From the NCBI RefSeq assembly GCF_000143415.4, contig NW_003314290.1, forward strand, positions 682,001 to 746,000: a stretch of 64,000 bases of DNA, given 5' to 3'. This document shows, one piece after another, positions 11,746 to 24,500 of the stretch. Both the position numbers and the translations under genes were made by a program. Each line of letters opens with the position of its first letter. Position 1 is the first letter of the stretch. Origin of the DNA: Selaginella moellendorffii (lineage: Eukaryota; Plantae; Lycopodiophyta). The notes under the pieces were generated by a model. That model ran no database searches and was not told the DNA's origin. It saw only the letters and a list, made by a program, of their open reading frames with translations.

Positions 11746-12724
11746 TACATGGAACTTTTTCTTACCACGCTAGAAGCCATCGGTCTTTTCTAGCAGCAGC
11801 ACGTCCACTCTCCTTGATGTGCATAGCGATTCGAGCCGCAGCCTCAAACTCCAGCCAGCCATCCACGATGATCATCTGCCTCTCATCGTCATCATCTGCT
11901 GATGCTCCCACTGAAGATAAGAAGCTGGAATACACTTTGGACACCTTCATCGAGCGAAATAGTTATTGTGAGTTTTGCATATGCCCAATGACGTGGCAAA
12001 AATTAAGCAGGCCTTTGGGCCAACGGTTGTGATTAACCCAAAGTTTGTCAATTGCTTCATTCAGGATTGCCCTCTCCGATGGCAGCGGCAGCTAGTGATT
12101 CTAATGTGGGGTCTCAAGACCATGTAGATTACAATTACTAGCCATCGCTAGATGATGTTTCTTCACAGTAACAACAAGTTTTAGGTGATGTAGAGATGGG
12201 TGGAGAGAGCAGTGAACCAGGTTTGTGTTTTTCTTGATAAATTAGAATCTAATCACTTTTCTTTCCAGGATTTGAGCACCTTACACAGCTTAGTGTTTCA
12301 GGTACTTAGTTTATTCCAATATAGTGCTTTATAGCTTGATGAATAGGTGTACAAGAAGACTTCAAACAGTCGTTACAGCCATTACATTTCCAAAGTCCCT
12401 TTGCTATTTTAGTAGGTATTGGCACTTGGCTTTTTTTGCTTCATAAACCTTCTCTGTTGCCAGATCCAGGTGCTCAGACACAGACTTCCAGCCAAGTGCC
12501 CCATGGGATTATAGGAGGTACTACTCAATTTTAGAAAAAAAAATTTAGTTAGTTTGTAACGGGATTTGTTCGTAACTAACGATTGTTAGTTCCCGTTGTA
12601 AAGTTAGTTTGTAATGGGATTTTTTAGCTAAGCACAAATTATATAGCATTCTAGACCCTGGCGTATGGAATCTGATTGCTTCTTCTAAGGATACATGTGT
12701 TCATATTGCGGATCTATAGCTCCA

Positions 12725-13247
12725 TTCAGGTGGTGAGCCGCTTCTTATATATGTATTATCTTGGTACAGCAGTTATGATTTCTAATATGAGATCCACTCA
12801 ACAAGTATGGCATCAACATCAAGGTTCCTTAATATCAATTTCACTGACAGCTACGGCATGCACCTTGCAACAGCTTCAATGGCAGCTAACGCTGCTGATA
12901 AATATAGCCACCTTTTCAAGCCATCTAACTGGCTGTGTATTCAACACTACAATGTCAGAGCTAAGAATCCAAAATATCATTTGGGGCTCCATCGTCTCTC
13001 AGTAGATATTTCTATGGCCACACATGTTTGAGCATGGCCAGAGAAGGCTCTTCTAGTGCTTGATTTTGTCAGACTATCAGACATTATTCCACTGTGTCAG
13101 TTTGCAATGGATGCTTCTGCTTATACTTCTTCAACAGTTTCTGCGGCAATCACTAGTGTAGATCAAATGCCTAACACTACAAACATCATATTCATTGCTG
13201 ATGATCCTGAAGCTGAAAACACCTATAAGGTATTTGTAATATTCTGA
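12725..13247 (+). pseudogene. RPA70-like OB-fold fragment (copy B)
   Basis: Inverted duplicate of 3899-4430 with CGA changed to TGA at 13029-13031. Confidence 0.5.
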
Positions 13248-13400
13248 CTGGATTTTTTGGTGAACTTCAAACATAGGTGCATGTGCTGGGTGATATGGAC
13301 CATGTCTATCATGAGCTCAAATCATCATGGTTTGCTGAGGACATGCCAAGTCATATTTTCTACAATCTTTGAGGAACTAAAGATAAAAATGTATTCACTG

Positions 13401-15189
13401 GTGCCGATCAAAGCTCACCAAAAGTTATTGCGTTCAAGGCTGATTAGAGTACTGTGCACTTTTATTTCCTGTTCTAGTGTGCTTTCATTTCCTGTTCCCG
13501 TGTGCTTTTATTTTTTGTTTGTACAATGTATTGTCTATAAGCTTGCTGCATAATTGTTTATGGGATCCATTGTATTATTACAACCTCAAAGTCTCTTGCA
13601 AGACTCTCTGGAATGCGAGCTTCCCAATTGCTGCATAGCCCCACTTCTTGCAGCAAGCCAGCAACGTCATCCATGTCACGAAGCTGGGCTTGAAAGGCAT
13701 TGTCCGCCACATCCAGAGCTTCCTGGACTGCCACCTTGCACAAGGCTGTAACTTGTGTTAGATCAACAAAAGCATTTTTTTTTCAGGAAACTTACGTGCA
13801 TGCCGTGCTCATCAGTGTAAGATGACCTTCATGCAATGGATTAAAATCACCGGAAAGAACGACCCTTCTGCCGGTTCTACAGTCTTTGCTACCTGTATCA
13901 CAACTTATGAAAAAAATAACCACTGAGCAAATTTCGAAGTACCTTCACCGAGATAATGGACCATGCAGACATTTCCATGTATTAGCTGCTCGAGCTCTTC
14001 GTCCTCTGTGTAATTCAGCCTTGACTCTCGAATTTCTTCCTCAGGGCTCTTCAATTCTCCCGGTACCGTATTTCCAATCTCACAAACGTCAGCCATAGCC
14101 TGGACATAAATCAAAAGTTTGGGCGAACTGAAAAGCCTGGTCATAAAAATCATAACCTTGATTAGGAGCTGACTGGATAGACAATCCTCTCCAAAACAAT
14201 CTCTATATCCCTGGAGATGAGAAAAACAATCGATTAAATTCATTGCTGTAAATACACAAAACCTTCTAAAGAGTGACGTCATATCTCCAAAGAGATGAAT
14301 GCGTTCGAGCAGATATGTGGCATCTGGAAAGAAAAAATAAAAATAAAAATCTTCCATGGCGAACACAAAAACAAAGTCACCTGTGATCTCCTCGCTTGGG
14401 ACTCTCAGTCGTCAATGCACCAGTGACTCCAAATCCAGCCACCAGAGTGCCTGCACTGCATTCCAAGAAAAAATCCACTTGCTCAATCGAGAAAAAACTA
14501 TCTGCATGCAGCACAAGTTATTTATAAAGCTCAAGAGCTGCCATCACTGAAAATTGTGGCTACGTTCAAGTGACACATTAGGAATGTCCCTAAGATCTGA
14601 TAAATAACAATATACCTGACTTTCTCTACAAATGAGACCATTCATGAGGAGACATGGATACCGGTTGCTTCCAAATGCTTCCTTTCTATAATCTTCACCA
14701 TTCTTCAATTTGAAAAAAAACTCCATAGTGCTGGTTTCGTCAGTCCTATATTTTATAAGCATTAGCATCGGAATTCAAATTGACAGCAACAAAGAAAAGT
14801 TTACCCGAGTGATTTAACAAATCCTTTAGTGAAGGGAAGTGGCCTGGGTATAGTTTTCTTCAGAATCTTCATCCAAAACCTACAACGCAAAGAAGTCTCA
14901 TAATACTGGAAATCCCACCAAACTCTCATGTTTTTTAGAAAGGTTTTTACAATGTAGCAAATGAAACATCATTCCCAAATGTAGCTGAAACGCATGCCTA
15001 CACTTACGACATCAAACTAAAGCATAAGGAAGTTGGAGAAGAGTACCTGGTGTACAACTACATTGCTGTAGCGATTTACCTGTTTTCTTGCAGTACCTAG
15101 CACTTGGTCTTGACATGTGCGGAGCAAGAGCTACACTTGCTATGGATGCCATGACCGAAGCTGAGAGCCAGCAGGATTGGCTTCACTTG
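13401..15189 (-). pseudogene. Unidentified multi-exon fragments (duplicate of 5072-6893)
   Basis: Direct repeat at high identity. Confidence 0.6.
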
Positions 15190-15265
15190 CAGCTCCTTGT
15201 GGATTCTCCACACATACAAGGCTGGCAGCGAAATCCCACTCTTGGGCGACAGCGGTGGCGAGGGC

Positions 15266-15413
15266 CTGGGGGTGCAGTTTAGTATCAAGCTTGACCCAAA
15301 TCAGTTACATGGAACTTTTTCTTACCACGCTAGAAGCCATTGGTCTTTTCCAGCAACAGCGTGTCCACTCTCCTTGATGTGCACAGCGATTCGAGCCGCG
15401 GCCTCAAACTCCA
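15266..15413 (+). pseudogene. RCL1: Third RCL1 3' fragment
   Basis: LGVQFSIKLDPNQLHGTFSYHARSH; matches 11705-11853. Confidence 0.7.
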
Positions 15414-15856
15414 GATTCTTGAGCTATGGTGACAAGTCTGACACCGCTGTAGCTAGGGCGGTGACAAACCTCGACACCTCGCAATGCCCTAGAAATCCCG
15501 CTCGCCCAAAAGCGCTAGATCTAATCCGTCAGACTTTTTTTGCTAAATCTCACGATAACCCTAAATCTCACAATTAAGTTTTGCACTTGAGGGCACCACC
15601 AAGAATCATAACAGCTTGCAGCAAAAGGTCAATCTTTCTTCTTAGTTCATAACACACCCTTCTTTGGCAAGCAATTGGAAAATCTTAGACAGGCACATAG
15701 AACCAAGCACACAGTAGGTTCGTGTTTGTTTATATCCCTAGCCTCCACCACATAATAAATACTATTTCATATTTCTTTTGCAAATTTGAGTTTGTTTACA
15801 AACACAAACCTGCATAAGCTATAGTTCTCTAGCTTTGTACTAAGAAATTTTAAACT

Positions 15857-18736
15857 ATGCCTCGCCTTCATCATCTTCTTAGAACTATAAGAAATACCAA
15901 TCATTTTGATAAGAATTTTGATACAAATAATTTTGATAAACACTCTGAACCACTTCAAATTACTTCAGATCAAAATGAAATATATACACATCAAGCAATA
16001 TCCACTAGACCATCTCCACCTTCACAAACCACACTAGCAAGTCACACTATTTACAAAGATTCACAAATTTCAACTTTTGAAATTGGTTTTTTATCATCTA
16101 TTTGTTTTTTTTGTAATGCATCACATTTTAAAGATGAGAACATTGCTATGTGTTGTCATCATGGTCAAGTGATATTGCCACCTGTATTACCTTTGCCAAA
16201 TACTTTACTTACGCTTTATAAGCAAAACAAAAACTCTAATTTCCAAACTAATATTAAACATTATAATAGTGCTCTTGCATTTGCATCAATGGGTGCTAAC
16301 ATTGATGCTTTAAGGGGTAATGGTCCTTATTGCTTTAGAATTCATGGACAGATTTACCATAGTGTCATGTCATCACATTCTTCTAGCAATCAAAGTCCAT
16401 CTTATGGCCAACTTTATATGCTAGATACACAAGAAGCCACAGACATAAGGCATCAAAACCCATTTAATACAAGTTGCGAGTGAGATTTATTATTACATCT
16501 TGATACACTCCTTCGTCATATTAATCCATATGCACAGGCTTATAGAATGATGTATGAAATGGAACAAAAAGAACTTCATGAAGTACTAGTTACAGTCCGA
16601 CCTTTATGTGGCATTTATATGTTACTAAGGAATGAAGAAACCAATCCTCGACATTATAATATACCACAAAAAAATGAAGTTGCTGTTGTTTTTGTTAGCG
16701 AGAATGGAGAACCCCCACATAGATGTGAAATTTGTATACATCCTACGGCAAATCTTTCTAGAACGATTTCAACACTTAATATTAATTGTGATCCTATGGT
16801 TTATCCTTTGATATTTCCTTTTGGTGATAAAGGATGGCATACTAATATTTTGAATACACAAAGACGTCGAATTACATTACTTCTATATTATGCATACCGT
16901 TTATCTAAAAGAGACACACTACAATTAGGTTTTGACCAAATCTTACATGCTGGCAAGCTTACTCAACAATATATTGTTAATGCTTATGTCAAAGTTGAGA
17001 GTAATAGCCTATATTACTATCGTACCCACCAAAAACAATTATGAGTAGAAATGTATACTGGTCTTATGGATTATGTTGCAAATCGTGCTTCTAATGAAAT
17101 ATGAACCCTGGTAAAATTGTTATACTACCTTCAAGTTTTGGTGGTGGCCTTAGAGCAATGCAACAAAATTATCAAGATGCAATGGCAATTGTTGCTCATT
17201 ACTCAAAACTAGATATTTTCATTACTTTCACTTGCAACCCTAAATGGCCAGAAATTATAGGAAATCTACATCCAAATGAAGGCTCTGAAGACCGTCCTAA
17301 TTTGGTTTCTAGAGTTTTCCATATTAAGTTTAAAAATTTTTTGAAAGATATAACAAAAAGACATATATTTGGAAAATGTATAGCATATATATATGTAATT
17401 AAGTTCCAAAAATGAGGTCTCCCACATTGTCATTTTCTAGGAATTCTAGCCCATGAAAATAAAATTAGAGACCGTGATGCAATTAATCAATATATCATGG
17501 CTGGATTACCTAATCCAAATTAATATGGCTTGAACAGGTATTGCAAGCACTTTACTACATAATGGCCAAACATCACATATGACTTTTAAATTTCTTGTTC
17601 CAATAAATGAAACTTCTAGTTTTGCTATTATAGCTAATAGTGAAGCAAGTCAAAAAATTAAGAATGCACATGTGTTAATATGGGATGAAATTAGCATGGT
17701 TCACACACATGCATTTTCTGCCATTAACTTAGCTTTACAAGATATAAAAAAAAAAAATATTACCTTTTGGAGGCATTATTATTATTACAAGTGGTGACTT
17801 TAGACAAACACTACCAGTTATTCCACATGGTCATCGAGCACAAATCGTTTCAAATTCAATAAAAATGAATAGGTTATGGAAATTTTTTAGAACACTTCCA
17901 CTAAAAAAGAATATAAGACTACTTGAAAACAACTCTTTATGGGCTAATTGACTTCTTCAAATTGGAAATGGTAATAATTACGTGAATTTACCAAATTTAC
18001 CTTTAGAATCTATTATATTGCCTTACACACAAGTAATAATGTCCTCTCTTGTTGATTTTGTTTTTCCATCTCTACAAGATATTTCAAACCCCTATATTGC
18101 AGCTAATAGAGTCATACTTACCCCACTTAATGATGATACTTTTCCTATGTTATAGTCTCTTCCTTACCTGGTGACATACATATTTATGAAAGTATTGACT
18201 TTGTTGATACTGAACACCCAGAAGATTTTCTAATTGAATTCCTAAATTCCATTACTCCTTTTGGTCTTCCACCACATAAACTCTTACTTAAAGAAAGCGT
18301 TATCTTTATTCTATTAAGGAATATATGTCCATCAATTGGACTATGTAATGGTACACACCTCATCCTTAAACATGCTTTACCAACAGTTCTAGACTGTGAA
18401 ATTGTATTAAGCCAATTCAAAGGTACATGGACTTTCATCCCTTGAATCACACTCACACCTTTAGACACAGAAATTCCATTTAAAATGTCCAGAAGACAAT
18501 TTCCAATACATTTGGGGTATTGCCCTACAATCTCTAAGTGTCAAGGCTAGACATTTGACCAAGTTGGAATACACTTGCCACATTCAGTTTTCACCCACAG
18601 CCAACTTTATGTGGCTTTATCAAGATGCACATCACCAACAAGATTAAGTATTAAAGTACAAAACACATCACTCTAAGGACAGTTATTCCCTTTAAGTCCT
18701 TCTATCAACACAGTCTATAAGGAGGTTTTATACTAA
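15857..18736 (+). mobile_element. Helitron Rep/PIF1-helicase pseudogene
   Basis: Zn finger CFFC...CC; YNSALAFASMG; GPYCFRIHGQIYH; DPMVYPLIFP.G..GW; ILPSSF.G..RAMQQNYQDAMAIV; FITFTCNPKWPEI; KFQK*GLPHCH (HUH); IWDEISM; GDFRQTLPV; LRN....GLCNGT; RRQFP; QLYVALSR. Multiple stops and frameshifts; deletion near 17521 removes the Y2 motif and Walker A. Confidence 0.96.
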
Positions 18737-18855
18737 ATGCTCCATATATTGTTTATAGCATTGAAAGAAATTCTTGATATGTAAATACAAGCTTTTCAAA
18801 GCCATTTTATTTATTAATTAGACTTAACATTCAAAACTATAATTTGCTAATAGAA

Positions 18856-18880
18856 CAGCATATGCTGGGCAAGTGCTAGT
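18856..18880 (+). mobile_element. Helitron 3' terminus (hairpin plus CTAG|T)
   Basis: CAGCATATGCTG palindrome 18856-18867, CTAG 18876-18879, host T at 18880; about 140 bp after the helicase stop. Confidence 0.88.
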
Positions 18881-18963
18881 GTATTGTATAATCACTACTT
18901 TAAACATACAAAACTTTCATAAAAGATATATATTCCCCTTACCTTAGGGCTTAGGGATGGATA

Positions 18964-21449
18964 ATTTTCAATCCCTGTCGCCAGCGGCGATTCGGGAGCT
19001 CCCCATTGCGTGACGGACAATGCTGCAATCTGGTGCTTCTTCCTCCTCCTGCGGCTGTAAGTAGCAACTCAGGAGCTCCGGCAGCAAGAAATTCGTCGAA
19101 ATTCCCGCCGTCGCGAGTCGTGGCATTCGCATCACTCCTCCAGCAATGCGGCCGCTCCAGATCACTGCCCGAGGGCCGGAGAATCCACGCCGAGATCGTC
19201 GACACCGGCCTGGGCAAGGATCTCTTCCTGGGCAACCATCTCATCCAAATGTATGGCAAATGCGGCGCCATGGAAGAGGCCAGGGCCGTCTTCGAGAAGA
19301 TAGAGTCTCCAAACATTTTCTCCTGGAGCATCATCATCGGTGCCTGCGTCGACAACGGCCTCGCCAGGAGAGCTCTCGAGCTCTACCACTGGATGGATCA
19401 TGAAGGCGTCAGGCTCGACATGGTGGTGCTCATCAATCCCGTCAGCGCTTGCTCGAGCCTGGGCTCCCTAGATCATGGAAGAGCTCTCGAAGCTCGAATC
19501 ACTTCCATGGGATTCCACCTCCATCCCGTGGTCTGGAACTCGCTGCTCAACATGTACTGCAAGGCCGGGAGCATCGACAACGCGAGGAAGTTCTTCCAGG
19601 ACATGGCTGGCGACCAGAGTGTTGTCTCGTGGACGGCAATGATCTCTGGCTTTGCTCTCCACGGCTGTGAGGACCTCGCACTGGATTTCTTCCGGAAGAT
19701 GGTGGCAGAGGGGGTGAGGCCGAACGAAGTGACTTTCGTGAGTATACTCGGTGCCTGTGCCGCCGCCTGAGATGTCAAGCATGGCACGGCCATCCACGAG
19801 CTCGTGGAGAGCTCCGAGTTTGGCAGTAGCTACTTGAGCGTCGGGACCGCGCTGATCGACATGTATGGGAAGTGCGGGAGGCCGGAGCTGGCGTCAAGAG
19901 TTTTTGAGAAGATGGAGCGCAGAGATCTGGTGGTCTGGAACGCAATGATCACAGTGTGCTCGCAGCAAGGACTGGAGGAACAGGCTCTGAGATGATGGAC
20001 TTGGAGGGGCATACTCCCGACGAGGTCACTCTCGTCACAGCCCTCGAGGCCTGCTCCAACTTAAACTTGCTCGCTGCCGGGAAGAAACTCCATGAGCTCA
20101 TTCTCGACGCCGGTCTCGACTCCTCGATCGTGAGGAACTCGCTGCTCAACATGTATGGGAAGTGCGGTGGCCTGGACGAAGCGAGGAGAGTGTTTGAGCG
20201 CTGCGGTGACTGCCGGAACTTGATCACCTGGAGCACGATGATCGCGGCTTACAGCTTGAATGGAGACGGCAGGCAGGCACTCTCGCTGTACAAGAAGATG
20301 GATCTCGAGGGACTGGAGCCGGACGAGTACACTTTCACGAGCCTCCTGGACGCGTGCTCCATAGCCGGCGACACTCTCACCGAGGGACGAGCTCTCCACA
20401 GGCGCCTCGAGGCCAAGGGACTGGAGAAGAAGATGGTGCTCGCGACTGCTCTCATCAACATGTATGGACGATACGGCCAGCTCGAGGACGCGCTGAGAGT
20501 CTTTGAGAAGATGAACCACTGGAACTTGGTGGCCTGGACGGCTCTCATAGCGGCCTTTGCTCAGCACGGCAACGTCCACGCGATCGATCTCTCGTGGAGA
20601 ATGCATCTCGAGGGCGTCCAAGCTGACAACATCGTCTTCCTCAGCGTGCTCCACGCTTGCAGCCACGCCGTGGTCCTTGAGGCCGGACTGAGCTGCTTCC
20701 AGGAAATGGTGGCCGACTTTGGAGTGAGAGGTGGCGCTGCTCACTACAGCTGCATGGTGGATCTCCTGGCCCGCTGTGGACGAGTTGCCGAGGCCGAGGA
20801 GTTGCTCCACAGCATGCCTTTCGAGCCGGCTCACATGGAGATGAAGACGCTGCTAGCTGCGTGCCGGGTGAGCGGAGATACTCCCCGGGGAGCTCGGGTG
20901 GCGCGTCTCGCATCGGGTCTGATACCGCATGACGCCGCTCCCTACGTGCTCATGTCTCACGCTTACGCCGCCGTGGAGAAGTGGGACGAGGTGGCGGAAG
21001 TCCAAGAGAGAATGGCGAAGCTTGGCGTGAAGAAGCCGAGGGGCTGGAGCTGCGTGGAGGTGAAGAACAGGGTCCATCAGTTCTTTGCTGGGAACTTCTC
21101 GTGGCATTCGGAGGCTGCCGAGATCGAGGTGGAGCTGCGGCGGTTGCAAGCGGTCGTGAAGGAGGGCGGCTACATTCCAGATACTGGACAGATCGGGCAC
21201 CGTCTTGAGGAGGATGGCAAGGAGGATCTGCTGGCTCTCCACAGCGAACGTGTGGCTATCGCGTTTGGACTGCTGCGAGTTCCGGCGGGGCTTCCCATTC
21301 ACGTCGTGAAGAACCTCCGGGTGTGCTCCGACTGCCATGCAGTGGCCAAGATCATTTCCAGGAGTGTGGGAAGGAGGATCGTGGTGAGAGATGCGTACCG
21401 GTTCCACCGCTTTGAGAATGGCACTTGCTCCTGTGGAGACTACTGGTGA
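18964..21449 (+). pseudogene. PLS-class PPR-E-DYW RNA-editing factor, disrupted; 3' part still open (19992-21449)
   Basis: PLS repeats, E domain and DYW domain HSERVAIAFGL...KNLRVCSDCH...CSCGDYW. Nonsense TGA at 19768-19770, frameshift near 19991, and no in-frame 5' ATG. Confidence 0.9.
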
Positions 21450-21557
21450 TCAGCTTGTAGAAGACCTGGAGCTTGTGATGTAGAGCAAGCCCAGCCGCCA
21501 TCGATCTCGTGCAGCTCTTCACGTCCAATATGAAACTCGACGATCACCAAGGCCAAG

Positions 21558-24500
21558 TCATGGAACTGCGTCGGCTCCTGCGAATATATTGGAAAGCGCC
21601 ACCCCCGCTGCCGAATCACCCGGATTCCACCGCAAGACTTGGCCCGCCACCTTTCTCCCACGCTCCACATCGCCGTGGACTTTACACGCGGAGAGCAGCG
21701 TCATCCAGGGGAGCTCGTCCCGGCTGAACGGGATCCTCTTGATCACCTCCTCCGCCTCGTCCAGGAAGCCAGCGCGTCCCAGGAGATCCGTCATGCCGCT
21801 GTAGTGGCTGGGCAGCGGAGCTATGCCGTAGTCGTGCCGCAGTGACGCGAAGATGGTCTTGGCCTGCTCCAGCCTGCCCGCGTGGCTGCAAGCCCAGAAG
21901 ACGACGATGAAAGTCACGTCGGTTGGCTTGATCCCTTCTCGCTGCATCCGCAAGAACTGCTTGAGAGCCTCCTCGGCGTCGCCGTTTTGCGCCAGTGCCG
22001 CCACCAGGACGTTCCAGCTGCTGGCGTCCTTGGCGCGGATCCTCTCAAATGCCTGCCGAGCTCCACCCAAGCTCGCGCACTTCCCAAACATGTCCACCAG
22101 CGCGTTCCCGACGAAGAGCTCCGAGTCGGCCCCTCTCTCCGCTATGAGCTCGTGGACCCTTCGTCCCTCGGCGAGCGAGGCCTCGCCAGCGCAAGCTCCC
22201 AGCATCGTCGTCCAGGTGATGCTGTTTGGTTCCGTCCCCTCGGCTATCATCCGGCGGAAGAGCCTCACTGCTTCCTTGGCCATGTCTCGCTCGACGTAGG
22301 CTCCAAGTATCATGTTCCAGGTGATCACGTCCCGCTCCTCCATCTCCTCGAACAGCTTGCGAGTATCTGCGAGGCGCCCGACGTGAATGTAGGCTCCCAA
22401 GAGTCCGTTCCAGCTTCCCAAGTTCTTCTGAGGCATCCTCTGGAAGGCCGCGAGCGCGTCGTCGAGGCTCCAGCACTTGGCAAACATGTGAACGGCGGCG
22501 TTTCCGACTGACACGTCCGCTTCCAGGCCGGACTCTCGAATGATGCTGTGAAGCTGCTTGGCTCGGTCCAGGAGCCGTGGAGTTGCGCAGGTGGTGAGTA
22601 TGGTGCTGAAGGTGGCGCTGTTTGGAGCCGTACCTTGGAGCTGCATACGCTCGAACAGCTCCAGAGCGTTTCGAAACTCGCCATTCCGGACGCTGCCTTC
22701 AATCACTGCGTTCCAAGTCACCACATCGTCCCGCTGCTTCTCCATTCTCTGGAACACTCTCTGTACCTCGTCCAGCTTTCCAAGCTTGGCATAGGTGTGA
22801 AGAAGCGCGTTCCCGACGAGAGCATCAAGGGACTCCACTCGCTTCTCGACTTCCAGAGCACGTATTAGACCGTCTTCAAACGCTGCCGGAGTCGAGCAGG
22901 TGCTAAGAAAGGTGACGAAAGTCACGCTGTTCGGCTGCACTCCTTCCAGCTGCATCTGATAGAAGATCCGGAAGGCCTCCTTGTCGCAGTTGTGGTGGAC
23001 GTAGGCTGCGATCATCGCATTCCAGGACACGACGTTGCGTTGGGCCATCTTCTGGAAGCACTCCAGAGCGTCTTGTAGAGTTCCGCAGTTCGCGTACATG
23101 CTCACGAGAGCATTCCCGACCACAAGTTCCGACTCACAGCCGCGCTCGATAACCAGAGCATGGATCTCTCTGCCTTCTTCCAGCATTTCCGGACCTGTGC
23201 AAGCCGCCAAGGCCGAGGCGAGCGTGAAACCGTCCGGAAGTAATGCTTCTTCTTTCTCCATTTGCTGGAAGAGCTCGAGAGCCGCTTCGCTGTATCCGTC
23301 TTGAGCATAAACCGAGATCATCGTGGTCCACAGCACTACGTCCTTCTGTAATATAGAATCGAAAACTCTCCTGGCTTCATCTATGCTGGCGCACCTGCTG
23401 TATGCCTTCACAAGAGCACTGCCAACAGCTTCTTCCGACTCAAAGCCGCTCGAATGGATTCGATGATGCACCAATTTCGTCCGTGAGAGCCACTTCGGAC
23501 TTTGGCTGTCGCAGGAGCTAAGTAGCGTAAGATAGGTGCTCTTGTTTGCAGCGAAGCCTTGCAGCTGCATTTCGTGAAAGAGCTGAAATGCCTCCTCGTA
23601 ACAGTGTTCTTCAGTGCATGCTCCAATTGCACCGTTCCAAGACGCAACGTCCCGCTCATCCATCTCAAAGAACAGCATCCTTGCTTCGTTGAACATTTTG
23701 TGTTGAATGTACGTCTCAATCATCGTATTCCACACGACTATAGCTGGTCGATCCATCTTCTCAAAGATCGTGACCGCGTCGTGAACGCTTTGGCACCTAC
23801 TGTACATGATCAAAAGAGCATTTCCCACGATATCGTCAGACTCGAGTCCACTCTCAAAAGCACAGGAATGAATCGTCTTACCCTGTGGAAGAGCTGCAGG
23901 ACCGGCACACGCTCCGAGGACAGTAGCGAAGGTTATCCTGTCCGGCAAAGAGCTTTTCAGCAGCATGCTTCTAAACAGTTGAATGGCATCTTCGTTGCGA
24001 CTGTGCTGGACGTAAGCCGCCGTCATGACGTTCCAACTCACAGCGTCTGTTTGAGCCGCCTCGTTGAAAACAGACTTGGCATCGTCAAGGCTCCCACACT
24101 TGCTGTACATGTTGACAAGCGCATTTGCAACAAAGACATCAGAGTCGTATCCAAAGCCACGCAAGCGAGAATGGATGAGTTTACCTTGCGCGAGAGCGTC
24201 TGGAGCCAGGCACGCACCAAGAGCTATCACAAGAGTAGACTTGTTGCTATGAACTGTTTCGTCCATCTCCATTTGCTGGTAGAGCCGCAGAGCCTGCGAG
24301 TGCTGCCCATGCTGCACGTAAGCAGCTATCATAGTGTTCCAGGAAATCACGTCTCTCATCTTGAAGCTGTCGAAGAGCTCTCGAGCGTTTCTCAAGCCTC
24401 CACACTTGCCATAAGCGTTGATGAGAGCATTCTCCACAATGGTGTCTGCCGCAAAACCACGCTCCATGATCCAAGAGCCTAGCCTCTTGCATGCTGCTAT

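Noticed and set aside
19768-19770. TGA might be repaired by U-to-C RNA editing
   Set aside because: This is a nuclear gene; CpG deamination explains the change, and a frameshift follows anyway
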